In this document: one piece after another, positions 10,601-26,344 of the stretch
Position numbering within the stretch: position 1 is the first letter of the stretch
How the letters are laid out: every line of letters starts with the position of its first letter
Assembly: GCA_048013815.1 (NCBI GenBank)
Contig: CM106586.1
Coordinates: 1,488,001 to 1,552,000, forward strand
Origin: Setoptus koraiensis
Taxonomy: Eukaryota; Animalia; Arthropoda
DNA length: 64,000 nucleotides
Direction of reading: 5' to 3'
Translations under genes and position numbers: made by a program
Notes under the pieces: model-generated
The model's input: only the letters and a program-made list of their open reading frames with translations
What the model was told of the DNA's origin: nothing
Database searches by the model: none

Positions 10601-13600
10601 CAATTCAAAGTGTTCTTTGATAATCACTTCAGCATACTTGTTATGTTTTTGCATGATCTTGAATCAATCAAACGAGATCTCTTCATATGAGTAGTGATGT
10701 ACGGGCAAAAGTTGGCAGATATCTTTCTTCAAAATGTCTCTTGTGGTATTGAGATTTTTGGGAGTATAATAATGCATTCCTGTTGGGTTTTAGCCCTCTC
10801 CAAAAATATGACTCAGCTGGAATAGATGGCGAATGGTTAGTTGATTCAAGTGCTCAATTGGACAAAATGTTCATTCAAATGACGTTCGAACCCGCTGTAC
10901 CTGCACAGTCCATGATACCTTCAAATGTACAAGTTAATTGTATTGCAACTTGTGTGTTATCTGGCATCTATATTTGACCAATTGTCTAGAATTAGTTTTG
11001 TTTTGCGGTTTCGTGAATAATTTAATCAAGAACAACAATGGATCATTCCAGTTGTTGTTGACTAAGCACCTGTACCGATTTCAATGAGCTTGGTGTTGAC
11101 CACATTGTTGAGTTGAATAGTTTCAACAGGTTGATTTTGATTACGGTAGAAAAGAGTAAGGATACTTGTTGTTTTAATGTGAACAACAAAACGGTTAACG
11201 AAGGTTTTTTTGCACACTGTGTTACTATTATAATAACCACATGTAATACACAAGCGCTCAAAGACGAATAAACAATTTCACAGTTGACCGGTGACTAAAC
11301 TTAATCTTGTAAAGCAGACAATAAACCTACTTAGCAGCGTAAGAAGACGATGAGTCTAAATTAGACAAAATCAAACGAAATTTCAAGATAAGAGGAGAGA
11401 TTACAAAACAAAACGAGAGATAGAAATAGCCTCACAGGTTCAGGTGAATTGAAGAAAAAAAGATGAGATTGAAATCAGACTTACCAACTGTAACCAGTGC
11501 TATGCAGACAACAGAAACAGAGCAAGAGAAGTGTCATTTAAGTAGCTCTATCTGGATCATTTAGCTTGTAACTTTAATGGAAACTCCTTTTTAAGATTAA
11601 CGAAAGCATTTGATTCAGCGCTCACATAATCTAATTGCAGCTAAATTGGTACTGGGCCAATCAATTGTTGCAACAAATAAGCTATCTGGATAATTGATAA
11701 AACCTCGCAACCACGACAATGGCACAGTGATCGAAGGAGAACAAATGACACAATGTTGGCACTAGTCTAAATATCTGTTCAAATTTGACACAAATCTCAT
11801 CTCCCACGTACTTAAGAGATTGAATGCTATCGACATAACACCATTAACGTCATTTTATTAGTAAACGATAGCGCTCACTGATTGCATAGTATATTATTAT
11901 GACCGGTGTAAAGTATCAATCTTGTTTATGTTGATATGATTTCCTCAAGGTTTCTAATCATTAAACATTTATCCCAAGTTGCTACTCAATAACACAATGT
12001 ATGATATTGCAGACTGCAATTCGCAGTGTCACTTGCCACTCGACTGGCAAGCTTATTTGAACTTATATTGACAACATTTATTTAATCCTATTTCTGCTAT
12101 TACAAGTCTGGTTGCTCATACTCGAGTAAAAGTTATTGCAAAGATAAAAATACAAAAGATTCCTGTTTTTGAACACCATGGAAAATCTAGTTGGACACAC
12201 ACACATACAAGCAGACTTTCTCCACTGAATAATTGGTCAGGAATAAAGTTGCTTGGAATATCACTTAGAACTTCCCGGTGTTATGTAATTCGCTCTGTGT
12301 CTACCATCTATCAAGTGATGAATATTTAAAATATAAGCATTGTTGTTGAAGAGAGATATTATTTCATTATGTGAATATTTTTATGACTTAACATCATAAA
12401 GACAGAGGATTGCATAGCAAACAGACAGACACTTGTCAATTTGAAATACCACTCGCAATGCCATCAACTACAAGCATTTCTGTGTTATAATCTTGAGCCA
12501 AGTAGGGAGTATCTCGGCATTAGCAACAACAATATCACTATGACAATAGTATTTGTTGTTGTAGGAGTAGTGATAATGTTAATGGTAGTATAATAATGTA
12601 TGCAGACATGTCTAAACAAAATGTACATACCGAGTATACCGATGACAACATTTGAAAGATAACGTTGACGAGTGAAACCAGAAATATAATAAGAGCGTAA
12701 CGAAGCTGCAAATTAATCTAAATCATCTACTGCTTGTATGCGACTAGCTGTCCGGTGAATGTGATGATTTCAGTCAGATTGAATTGTATTAGTTTGAATT
12801 GAATTTTCTTATCCATATATATATTTATTCATACATGCCGCAGATATTACATAACATATATTCTGATATGTTATGCGGCATCGACATGATAACTCGAAGA
12901 AACCTCTATTGAAATGATATACGGCTAGATAGGACAACATAATAATAATCATATATATTATAGTCTGCAGCAAGCATCAAAGGTTGGTTCCAATTATGAA
13001 CACACACTCTAGCTACCCATTAATTTTCAGACAGCGATCTTGTCCATTTGTTTGTTGCCTGCAAGTTAACTGTTTCCATAAGTGGAGATCAACTGTATTT
13101 AGTGTATATGTTCATTCGTAACGATATAAATACCTGGCACTGGTAATGTTGTGCAGAGTAAATGTAGTAGAAATTGTTGTTGATACTTGTTTCACAACAA
13201 CATTAACATTTCATTATGCAGCATCAGAAAGCCATATTTAATAATTACTTCTAGTCTTAACAAAGGTATAGGTTTTATAACATACAAAAAAGAAAAGTAC
13301 ATTATTTGTAGAAAACTATGTCAATTGTAGACATTTTTAATCCAGTTTAGGAGCAAATAAGTGAAAAAGCATCACCCTCTAAACATTATACGATTCGAGT
13401 TGATAGACAAATAACTTATTTTGTGCACTAAGACAGCAAGTAGATAGATTTGAACTGCTTTATTGCGTCTTGTCCAAACAACAAAAAATGACAAATTTTC
13501 GTCTAGTTTGTATCTAATTAAAGGTAGCCCTCATTAGCTCACGACACGTATTTGAAGAATTAGTTGTGTGTTTTGTTTTAGTGTTGTTGTTACTATTTGT

Positions 13601-15339
13601 TATAGCTGATTGTAATGAATGTTGGAGTGACCAGGCGATTAATTTTCTTTCTTCTTCTCTTTCTCTATTGCTAGCCAATAACTAATCATCTAATCAATGC
13701 AATCAATACGTCTTGCAACTTGCTAGCTCTCTCGCTGGCTCGTTTGCCTGTTGTTATCGTTAATGCATGTAGTTGTTGTGAGAAAGAAAGATAAAGAAAC
13801 AACGAGATAGATAGAGACAGCCAGACAGAGTAGAACCTTGTAGAATATCATGATCAACAAGTGAACATAAGAGAGAAAGAGAAGAAAAAAATCAAATCTA
13901 TTGCAAGTTTGCGATAAGGGTTTCACAGTCCAGCTAGCCCGCCAGCAAGTTAGCTAGCTCGTTGTTATATGATACAAGTAAAAAGAACAAGTACAAAGAC
14001 ACATGATAAGTGAAGAATGACGAACAACATTAAACCTGTTGTATGACTGACACGACCAATGGTCAAGCTCACTAACAAGACATGGGTTGTTATTAGTTAA
14101 TTCATTTGTAGTTGTTGCTGTCAAACAAGAAGTAAAAGAGAATTTGAAGCGATTGAATAGTAACTGTGTTTAGCCAAGATATTGACCAAACAAGAAAAGG
14201 TGAAATAGTGTTTGACATGAATCAAGTTTAAACAAAAATATTTCTCTTCTTTTTTCTCTCTATTTGCCCTATCATGTGAAGTCCAAAATTATGATCGTGC
14301 TAGTTAGTTCAATCTAATGTTTTTTTAATTTTAAACACAATTGGCCACTCCGAAAAGCTTACACAAACTATCTATCTACCGCAATCTATCTATTTGCCAT
14401 TGTTGTTATTGCTTGATAAGTCAATTTATCAGTTACTTAAATTCTCTAAGATGAATTATATTTTATCATTACATCTAACTAAACTCTCTGACCATGGTTA
14501 GTCAATAAGCGATTTGATTAATCAAATCATCACTATTAACATCGCTGACTATTTTGTTTTTGAACCCGATAAAGAATTTTTATCTTACTTGAACTGCTTG
14601 TATGATTCAATTATTCGGATTAATCAACTAAAAAGCAAGAAATTATCGGATATTTCTAGCTTCATATAGAATTGATCTCGAGCCACATAAATGTTTCATA
14701 CTAATTTGATTTTTGTTTGATATGATCTTGTCAGCAAATGAACTAATAGACTTGATTGTATTAAAGTTGAGATCGGCCAACATCTCACTTCCAACGCAAA
14801 ATTACATCATTAGACTTATCAACAATAATTATACTTAATAAATAATAATTGTTTTTTATTTGTATATTATTGAACAATGTGGTGATATATGAAATAATAA
14901 AATCATTCATTTGGTTTAGGCTCATCGAAGCATTGGCTTCTTCCGAGTTATATAATAATCATTCGTTTTGCTATGTTAGATTCACATCTTGATTTGGTCA
15001 TCTCATTATGTCACCTATCTATTTAAGTCAACTCAATGAAAAATACCGACGAAGATAAAAACAAGGATTGAATCTATACAATAAGTACAATTATTGTCTA
15101 TATTATGGTGTGTTACTGTCATTCAGTCCTGTTGTCACACACGAATCGACTAATTGACTAAATGACTGATTGCATATACATTGCATAACATGTAACTACT
15201 GCACTCCTTTTTTCTTTGCATCGTGTCCATATTAATTAATTTATGCCGATTTAATCCAAAACTAAGAATTCGGTTTGATGATTATGTGTTGATGGGTGTG
15301 AATCTAAATGGTAATTGTTGTTTTTTACTTTTTCAATGA

Positions 15340-18300
15340 CTATAATCGTTCTAGAGCCAACGGATCTGTTATGAGAGTTCTCATCAGTCTCCATACTTGC
15401 TTGGAGGCATTGTCAAAAGATTTACCTCTAAACAGATCTAAAGTTGGTATGAAATAATGTGGACATCTACGACATTGCAAACACGATATCAATTGTAAAA
15501 GAATTCCATTGATTCTGTCACCTAAATTTGAATCATCCCATTCGTAATCATGTGGATGCTTTTCACATTCATACAATACCAATGTTTTAATATGATATGT
15601 AGTTATCGGGTGACCAGGTAATTCCAAGTTTCTATCTCTTAAAGTTTTCAAAATGGACAAACATTTCTTCCTTGAAGCACCTTGCAATACTTTATTTTCT
15701 GCTTCATTAAAACTCAAAACCCAAGCGTCGCCTTCCATTGCACTTTGTTTGCCTCTCTGGTCGGGAAATAGGTGAGAGAAGGAAAAATGAAAGCAGTTTA
15801 TGCAACTGAAAATTAGTTCAGAAGATCTACTGAATTTAGGTTGTAATAACAAGTCCATTGTAGTTGAGATCATGCAATTGCACTATGCTATGAAAGTTTA
15901 TGATAGTGATATTGATGAGTTAGATACCGCCGATGGCTCCATCTAACGGGTCGTAAGTTGAAATAATTCGTACTTGTTTTCCATGATTGTGGCGCAAGTA
16001 ATGGAATCGTAATGGGGCTGTGATATATTTTCGGTTATTTGGATATTAGAGTTAGCTGAAGATCATATCAATACATATTTTTCTGTGTTGCAGCCAATGG
16101 TTTCCGTAGAGATCAACAGTAAATGAAGAGACTCAAAAATCGGATGGTCACCTCTTATGCGCAACCTAACACATTATTGGCATAGAGAGCGCGCCATTGA
16201 TGTGGAAAAATTACTTTGCACATATTAGTTCGCATTCTTTTCTTCATTTACTGTCGATTCTGGCGACAATCAATTGCCTGGACACAATAAAATCCGTACG
16301 GATACAATTTTCAACTACATATCTCACCAAGAATTTAGCACATGCCCATAATGATTCGACTGCTTGCACTGCATTCATTGAACGAATCATTTCAACTCAC
16401 CAGACGTTATATTTAGTCCAGTCATATTTTACTGACGATATTGTAATGCCTCACAATAGATGGCACTGTCTAAACTTACCTGAGATGCTAAACATTCTTT
16501 GCTTAGTAAATCAAAACCCTCCAATTTAACTTCTGCAACAATATTTGGTGTTGGCCAACTACACGTAGACAATGGCCAGTGACTGGCTGATCTTGGCCAC
16601 AATCCACTACATCGAAATGCTGTCATGTAACAATATAAACAGTTATCGGTTACTATAATGAATGAATAATAAGATTTCATAAGATATCTTCACATGTAAA
16701 GTAAGAGACGAATACCTGGTGTTATTTGTATTGTATAACGATCTCGCACTCTCAATTTGACTTCGCTTGTATCCGCCACCATCTTGACAATATCTCTGTA
16801 GCAACTTTTATCGCAAGCCTGCGTCACCTGTAATTGTTCGAGTAAAATTTCATATGATATATATGTGCTAAATGTTAGATCAGTTAGATAACGAATGAAA
16901 GAAGTAGAGCTTATACAGTAGTTACGAACAACAGACTTGGTGGATGGCATATATTAAGGAAGTTAAACGAAACAATACCATCGATTGTTCCACCACCTGT
17001 TATGGTGATGGTGATGGTGATGAGTAGATGATCATGTGAGCATGATGATATGCTAGAGGCACGATCGAAATTGCGGTCTCAGTTGCGGTTGAATAAGATG
17101 ATGATGATGCTGGTTTGAAAGTATATTTAAGTATAAGAACCTTAACTTAAGGTAGGACGGACAGGTATTAAATGGAGAGCATTCAAGTTGAATTATTGCA
17201 TAAGAAACAAACATTGTGTGTGGTCATCGTGATGCATATAATCTATTGTGTATATTTGCTATCTCTCTACTTAGATGAACTCAAATGGATGATTGCTACC
17301 TAACTGACTATAACTATTTGCATAGTATCTTATGGCCATAAGAATGATAGTTCACTAATGAATTATCGTGCATGAAAAAAAAGTAGGTAAATTTGCTTCC
17401 CTTCACAACTAACTGCTGCCTGTAGAGCGAGAGAGAGAGAGACAGACAGACAGGTAAATGAATGATTACGAGCAAGATATTTTGACTGAGTTTACTATGT
17501 GTGAGTTCCTCCAATGTAAATACTCTTAAAAACCAAACACACATTATTTCAATTTAAGTTTTAGTTATACTTGGTGTTCGATAGAGCATGCAATAGGAGT
17601 TTTCTCTATCTCTCTTTCAGTTTGAGTTCTGATCTATCGTAAAGATTGTTTTTATTTGTGTTCATATAAAGTGATGATAGGTAATAATTTAAACTCATGA
17701 TGATAAATAGCTCTCAACATTTGGCCAAGTTCATTAGCAACAACTTAGTGGTTTTCATCACCAGCACAAGCACCAGGCAGATAAAGAGACCGAAATGGAG
17801 AAAAGAAACCAACTACTAGATGCAACCTTATATTAATTTTGGCCATTTACACACAGGTGTATATTGCTCGCATACATGACTACCTCACATGATTACAAGC
17901 AGCCAGAAGCAACATCGAGAGACCTTGTTGTTGTAGTCTCGCTTGTTGTTGTAGTTGAGATTGACTAAATGTTCTAGATGTAATCAATGATCTCAACAAC
18001 TAGTCGGATTTAGCATACGATGATTATGTTTGCTTAATGAATTACGTCGCATAATCAATTGATATCATATTATCATTAGAGGTTGTGTGGTGAATCTGTT
18101 GGTGGCCCCATGACATAATAGGTGTAGATGAACATTTTTGATTAGATCATCATAATTCTACTGCCCTACGTATATAGTCAATGCAGGATGCCAACAAAGT
18201 AATCAATCATCATATGATATAAATGAACATCATCTATTTATCTCTCTCGCTCTCTCCCTGATTGGAGGCATCTTTTTGTTCTCACTGCGTGGTATTGATA

Positions 18301-19280
18301 GTAATAAGCCATAATAGTAATGAGCCATTATTAAAATGATTGATCTCATACTCAGTTCGACTATCTGTGTTATGATGTTCACTTCTTGTCGCATTCGTCT
18401 TGATGGTCGCAACCAAATTGATGGGCGAATTCTTATATTGGTTGAAATGATCAAATATTCAAATGAACAATGAATTGTGTGTTTATTACTCACCAATGTC
18501 TGGAATCTCGATCTAATTTTTCTTGCGCTCAAGTAACCGCTTGCAGTGATGAATTCCACCCATAGAGACATGGATCTCTTTCTGCCGTCAGACAATTTAA
18601 GAACGGCGCAACCAGGTAATGAACCGTCATCAACAAAATTAAATACACCCATCTGATTGAGGTACAGTATCACTTCAAATTCTGTTGTAGAGATTATGTC
18701 CAGGCCTATAAGTATTTAGTTGATACATTGATAATAAAATGATAGTTGTTGTTAGGTATAATTTGCTTATAGTTGTTAGTTGTCAAATGATTAAATGATG
18801 ACCGCACACACACGCACTGTTGGCAATAATAAAAGAGGCAGCCTATAATTGACAGATATTGTGTCAACTGCTCCACTCACCCTCAAAATGGCCATTGCAT
18901 TCGGTCAACGTTGATATAAATCGTGGTTCTTGTATTTCGACCTCTCTGAGTATGTCTTGCACTATATTTATAATTTCTCCGATCGTTTTAGTGATTTGAT
19001 TTCTTCTATATGTTACTTTATCTGCTGCATATTGATTCAATTGATACATTAATAATTTTTCGTTTTCATTCATAAATCTAGGCCTGTGTGATGATTGCAA
19101 TTGATTAATAACAGTGGTTGCTGTTGCATTGCTGGTAGCAGTTTGATTTAATTGACTTGAAATAGTATTTGATGATGATTCCATCAGGCATTGATTAGAT
19201 GACGTCAACATCGCTGATGGTGTTGTTGTTGAAAATACTGTCAATGGCAATAATGACTGCGTTTGATAAGTGTATTCCAA
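15340..19280 (-). CDS. mab-21: Protein mab-21, 5 exons: complement(join 18881-19280, 18494-18705, 16716-16827, 16480-16619, 15340-15756), about 426 aa
   Basis: Conserved MAB21L peptides (EFEVILYLNQMGVFNFVDDGSLPGCAVLKLSDGRKRSMSLWVEFITASGYLSARKIRSRFQTLV; HWP...WP; EGDAWVLSF; LISCLQCRRCPHYF). All four introns are GT-AG and the exon phases add up (400+212+112+140+417 = 1281 nt). Confidence 0.95.
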
Positions 19281-22200
19281 TAATAATAAATCTAATATGA
19301 TGTAATCTATACAATAATAATATCAGCAACAATAATTATCCAGTTGCAATGATAGATACTCAAAATGGTATATAAATACAAATGGCGGACCGTCGGATTT
19401 GCTGACGCTGGTGGGCGATATCAATGAGAATAAAGATGAAACAACAACAAAAATTAGATAGCTCGCTTATTTTGGTGAAGCACCTATTTTTGAAGATGGC
19501 GCATGCGTAGTCTGATTGATACACACAGTAGTTATTGTAGCAACACTTGCGTATACACTTGTGTGCAGTTATCATACGTATATATAGGACCAATGCAACT
19601 CAATCCTATCCAATCAAACAACTGAATGCTAGTGAACTGCGCTTGCGCACAAATGTGTCTCATTGTTTCAACTCTATCCGCATTCATATTTCTTGTACTT
19701 TCATTCTCCCATTCTCCCATTCTCACATTTTCATCGCTTCGTTGCATCATAATTGTTGCCTGAACTAACCGTTGTCTTCGTCGTGAATAAGTTGACACTT
19801 TCAAATAAATGTATACAATAATATGTACAAGATATTACCAGCAATAACGATCATCCACATTTGGTCAGATCATTTTAGCTTGGACGTTATGGTGACTCTC
19901 AGCTGTAGCAAATGTTTCATGATTCCACTATGGAATAGATTATAGATATTCTCACACGCATTATGTATTAGGGCACACTTATGATATGCTTATCAAATTT
20001 GTGTCGAATTGTATAATCATTCAACGTGCATTCAATGTTATATTGGTTGTGGTTAATGGGTGTCGGTGATTATTGTCACCGTGACAGAGTCAATGAGACA
20101 CTGAGACCGAGAGAAGAAGCGTGACGGAACGCGTCCATACAGCAACTACAGCTTGATTTTAGGTTAGAATTGCCTATTGTGGAAAATAAGCTACATATCG
20201 ACTTGTAGTGACCAAATTGCATCAAATCGGACAAAATCAGATGCTGCAAAGTCAAATACATTGAGTGTATCTAATCATGAAGTGGTCTAGTCATGGGAAA
20301 ATCATCAAGGCAAATTATGATATATTGTTAGAGATAAACTAAAATCAGTCAGTTTTCATTCATTATGATCACCAATGCAATCTGCAGGACTACTTAAGGG
20401 AAGAAACTGCTTCTGCAGCAAGTTCAAGCCGACCAATTAAACACAGACAATCAAGCAAGATTAATTAATGATTGTTGATTAGATTATATACAGATTATAT
20501 AAGGAGACATTCGATTAGTTTTAGCAACCAACTAAATAGAAGATATTACACATTAAATTGGTAGCTAAAATTTAATCCATGTTTATTGACTCACACATTG
20601 CATTTCCGTTTTTTTATGCCAAAAGATAGTGCATATACTGTGTGAACTAGTTAGTTCAAGATCGCATCATCATTTAAATGATATGATGTGATCTATGGAC
20701 TCTCGCTACGACTTGCTCATTGGATGGTTGCTGTTGTAAAATTGAAGTTTAGTCATCATAAACTAAAATCAAACGCAACACCAACGTTACATGAAAGAGC
20801 ATTAGTTTGTAGTGAAAGCTGAAATCATTCAAGAATTGTTTCATGGCGACCATTTTTTAGTCTATCTATCATTCTTCATGTGAAATGGAGAAATGCTATT
20901 TTTGCATAGAATGTATGAGCGTGTGTCTACTACAACCACCATTGTTTGTTTATTAGTTATCATTGCGCATACACTATCATTATTTATGTGATGATGCAAA
21001 CTTATTTATGTCATTCATGAATCATGACGAATGGTGAAAATACGCAACTACATTCACTGTGACTCAAGCCAACTAAATATAAGTCACCAACTGAAAATAT
21101 ATATATATCTAATGTTAGTGTTGTTGATCATCCACTGTCCACCACATACTAAACAGACGACGAGCAGTAGAAAGAGAGACAGACGGTCAGAGTAATATAA
21201 GATAATTACTATGGTAATGGTGACATTGTTGTCATCAGAGACATTGATGTGATAATAAGAGGGCAACTATATTGCAGCTATATCTTTATTGCGACAACAC
21301 ACACACACATCTAAGTGTTTATACCTCAACTAGATATTTAACTAGATATTTAGAGAGATAACGAAGACTTTTTGCTTTTATGCATCAATTAATTTCTATC
21401 TGTCTATTTATCTGTCTCGTCTTCATCGTTCTGACAGTATTCAAGCATGTATGAAAACAGTTTTAGAAGTTCATCTACTTCGCTTATGCAAATCTTGGTG
21501 ATGTTACTCTGTTGTGTAACAGATTGTGTGTTGCAGTGGATACAACAAAAAATGTAACAGAGTCCACAGACCCTCGTGAGACTTGTGTACACTTATCAGT
21601 CAATTGGAATATTTGAATGGTCACAACAAACTCTCAGCGTAAGATACTCACTATGGCGCCTAGTGAACTAAAACTAGCTAGTCACTTGGCTTGGTTCAAC
21701 ATGGATGCTCGTGAAAGGAAATGCCAAATTCAAGCTAGCAGCAACATCAGTTGATTATCATATGACCGAACAATAGTGTAAATTTATTGTAATGCGTTAT
21801 ATAATTATAAATGCTGTTGCACGTGACACGCGCCAACTGTTACGCAATTATGGTTGATCGCAGCAATCGAGCAGCAGAAAATAATTGTGGTCAGAGTTAG
21901 TTGGTGTATACACTTATATGCATAAATATGTGCTTAAGAGAAGAAGAGATATGAGCGGTTCCCATCTAATGGTGATCGCGCCATGTATAGAACACAGTGC
22001 ATTATTGTAATGGTTCAATGCCAACAAGAGTTCACGCAAACAGATATGGTTACATACGCGCTGGCGTAAGTAATTGAGGAGAGTTTATGAGGTGGCCAGA
22101 AAAGAAATTCCGATAATAAGAGAAAATGACCCGCTGTTTTGGCTGTGATCGATGGACGTCTACTTACTATCTATTTCTCTGTGTATGTTTATAATGAATG

Positions 22201-23655
22201 CGTTGAATGAATACGATAACAATATGATTGTTTTCGATTCACTGCGATGAGTTCGAGTGTGTGTTTTACATAATAACAACTGTGAAATGCTTAGTCTAAT
22301 GGAAGAGATTAAACAAACAAAAAGATAGATCCATGTAATTAGACGCCACGACAATGGAGTTACGAAAGAAGTTGTTGCATTACTTCGCTGCACACTGACC
22401 AATGTACAAACGTTTATTACACTAATGATGGACACACACCGAGTCTGTTCAAGGTAGCACCCATTGCTGGCGATGGAAACACTATTATTTGTTATTCAAT
22501 GACTATTTGTGTTTTTTTATTGAATATATATATATATATATACCAAGTTGGCTTGCATCAATCATTGAGTTAACCTCTTTAAAAGAAGGCACTCTTGATA
22601 ATGAGACATACGAACATACAAATATATATTAGGTATACTCTGATCTCATGCTGGTTTCCACAGACATCACACAGCACAACATGAACAACAAGAGTAATAT
22701 GTAAATATTATGATGATATTTTGGGTTGCTTATAGCAACCAGCATCGCTATCGTCGTCAATGATACAGCTTGCCTCATACGTAATTGATATTCACGATGC
22801 ATCTTTTTTACTGTATGAAATGGAAAACTTCATGAAAATGACCAACCAACTCATTCTCATTCAAAATCATCATCACACACAACTAGTCTATGTTGATCTC
22901 TCTTCTGCGCTCTCTTTCTCTCCCCGCAACTCTCTCTCTCTCCTCATCGTTTAAACTTTTCATTAAACTAACATTGAGCTCTAATGATACACTTACTGCA
23001 TATAATAGACAAAAAAGAGAAGCAGAGAGGCACTCGGTTGACTATAAATTACAATTCTAACCTTGCTGTTAGTTCCAACTATCACCTGAATGTTAGTTGT
23101 GTAGTATGATAGAAACTTTTTCACCTGACACTTTTCCCTCTTTTTGGTTTGATTTGTGTGAACAAAACGTGACTTGAAATAATAATTATATTCTTATCAT
23201 TGTGTCATTATTCTCTATTGATTGTTTCCCATGTGCTCACAACTCTTGTTCTTCAACTTGTTCACTTCACTTTGCTCATTCTGCAAGGAGTTTTCCATTA
23301 CTTTATAGTTTTACATTATATCGAGGTTGTGCGCTAACCTCTAACAACCATCCATGCAAATTAATCTCATCTAAAATACAACAACTACTGTTGCCAGGAA
23401 TATTATAGGTTGCGATCAAGACTTCAATTGAATCAAGGTTTTTCTGTTTCTATAGCAGGGTAGCCATATAATGATAATCGCAAGTGGTCGCAAAGGTAAA
23501 CTTTGTGCTGAATTGAATTGTGTAGTTGAAGTTCAGTTTCTTTTGGTCAGTAGATTTGGAGCACACGAAAAGAAGAGAAGAGATCGCGACTTTCACCGAA
23601 GTGAGCGCCTCAAAGGGAAGATCAATCACAAAGGATCCATAGTCAGTGTGTAGGC

Positions 23656-23658
<3 letters not shown>

Positions 23659-23726
<68 letters not shown>
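23659..23726. repeat. (AG)n microsatellite
   Basis: Read directly from the sequence. Confidence 0.97.
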
Positions 23727-26344
23727 GGGACAGAAACTGTTATACTGTATTGGTCGAACTGAGTCGTTTGTTTGCAAACTTCATCCCATGGCCATTCTAT
23801 ATGAATGTGATGTGTTAATTTATCACACTCGAGGGACCAACTTGCAGTCTGACCCAAAGTGCGTTATATCGCAACCACCAACGTTCCTTTTCCATTTTGC
23901 ATACCTACTTGTTATCTTTTTGTTCTCTGCATTGGAAACAGCCTGTAAAACTGTTTGCCACCTTATGAGAATGATTTAATTTGTTCCTACATTTGTATGG
24001 CGCGGTAATCATCATCTGATGGTGGCATCCTTGTATTCCCTACTTCTTTCGTTACTAGTCACAACGCTGTATCCAACTGCTGAAGGATCTATCAGTCACA
24101 CAATTCTCCTCACAGTACATAGACTACATGTGATCAGTTTGTTGATGCAATGTTTGCGGATAATCATGTTGTTTATGTATCGTAGACACCATTTCAAGTA
24201 TTCCGTATTACAATCTAATTAAATTAGACTAATTCGTTTAAGTGCAAGGAAAAGTGCGCATCTGGGCATAAGTTGGGCATAAGTAAATCATAAGTACATC
24301 TACCGGTAGATGCCGATGATGATTTAGTTTGTACGCAAAACGCGCTAACTCATACGCTGCATGTAGCCGGTTAGTTAACATAGCACGTATTTTAGCCGCT
24401 GTTGTTGTCATATTATTAATGGTTGCAATACAACATGTGTGCTAAGCAATTATGTTCAGGACATCAATAAATTAGATGGATCCAACAAATAATCATTATG
24501 TGTTTGGTCAAGTACTGTTGGGTAACGCGAGAAAAATATTGTTTGCGTTATTTGCGTTATACACGTTGAACACTTTATGCTCATTTACAAACAGATAAAA
24601 TCTCGTTAACCGATATGCTGATATTGCGAGCATTCTATATCATACAATTCTCAAATTGCGTAGTCACGAATTGGTCTGCAGGATTGAGAAGATAAACGGA
24701 TGTTGCTTGTCTATCTATCACGCAACATACAAACATTGTCTAGATGGGGGAGCCTTTAATAATTGTGTGTTGAACATGAACAAATCTGAATATAAACATC
24801 ACAAAATGTTATTTGAATGTTCATGTGGCAACTTTGATGCTAACTGGCCACCAATATAATACACTGATTTGCTGTCTTTCTTTCATTTTTACGTATTCGG
24901 AGACTGTGCGTAGTGTTGAGTAAACGGAGTCCACCATAAAAACACATTAGATGATTGTATCGGGCAAGAACGCAATCAAGCGTAACGAGAGCAGTAGAGT
25001 AACACTCTTGGCCGGCTATTTGCAATTATATGCAATCTTGTTGTGCCAGCTCTGACGATTTGCACCAACTGCTCACGTTTGTTGTATGAACACAACAAGC
25101 AACAACAGACATAGCAGCAATGTCTCTCTCATTGCTGATGACTCATGATGGATCCTCTAAATGTGATAAGGAGCACGCACATTGAGATAATCGCAAGTAT
25201 AAGTTTGCCACCTCACCTATAAACTCGAATTATATTCATTCAACACGAACACAACAGCGATTTAGCATAGATATTTTAAGATCGGTTGTGCAAAACTCAC
25301 TTGTTTGTGTCTATTTATTCATTTAGCAAATGGTTAAATGAATAAATGGTTTCGTTTTGATTCGACACAACAAACACAACGAACACAAGAAGTTGTCTCT
25401 TCAGCGATGGCGTCCTTTTGTAAGTCGACGCCAGTGATGCTGTTGTGACTATATTAGCACCGGCCTCAATAGTTGGTTGTTCATATGAAGAACAATGACA
25501 ATCATTTGATAACTCTCTAGAGCACGAGTGAACTGCTCTACTTTTTGACCTGACGCACTTGACACAACTGCAAGTTCAGTTTTGGTCTGTCTCTACTGTT
25601 GTTATATTGTTAGATGTGCCCTTGCTTGTCCCATTAACCCAAACTTTTTCTTGTCAACCAAACATGTTGTGTGTGTGTGTGTGCGCTGATCGTCGAATAG
25701 TCATTATGTGATGTTTGGTTGATTTGCTTTTGTTGCTTTTTGTCCAACACACCAGGCGGCTTTTAGTTGGCACTAGTGATTGCATTGATAAATTTAATTC
25801 ACTTGTTTCTGTTCGGTTTGCTGGACCGTGCTGTTTGGCGCCCTGTTTAGCACAAGTAGTTTGATATGTGATGTGTATGCCACCGCTATATACTCAATGT
25901 TTTAATCGAATTAACAACAGATTACGCCATCGTTGTGTGTGTTGTAGACACACAGATATGACACTGTTTGTAGATGTAAGAATGAACAGACAAAGGAAAA
26001 CAAGTCCCCAACAAGTTATAACGGTCCAATGAGAGACAGTGTCGCCCATTCCATTTGTAAATGTTATATATCACTGCTACTACCAGTGCAAGGTGCATAG
26101 GCTGCTCATCGATGTATGACACTGCAGTATGACTCACAATGATCGGATAACGGTGTGCTGTTAACTTGCTTGCTTGTTGCAGCAGTGACACGGCGCAGTC
26201 TAGTGAAAGTGAATGAACACGTCAAAGTGTGTAGTGTCTGCCACCCAATACCGCACCTAGCAATGGCAACCAGTACAACAGAAACAGTTGATTGTTGTTA
26301 TCGTTGGTCTGATTGTGTCGGCTACCAATGCAAACCAATGAAAT

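Noticed and set aside
10560-11280. Protein-like interrupted frames on both strands
   Set aside because: No recognisable family, start codon or splice structure.
12835-12881. Hairpin cataacatat/atatgttatg with outer tgccg/cggca as a pre-miRNA
   Set aside because: Stem too short, with a large bulge; no known miRNA seed recognised.
23450-23857. 135-aa ORF with LSLSLS repeat
   Set aside because: Artefact of the (AG)n microsatellite.
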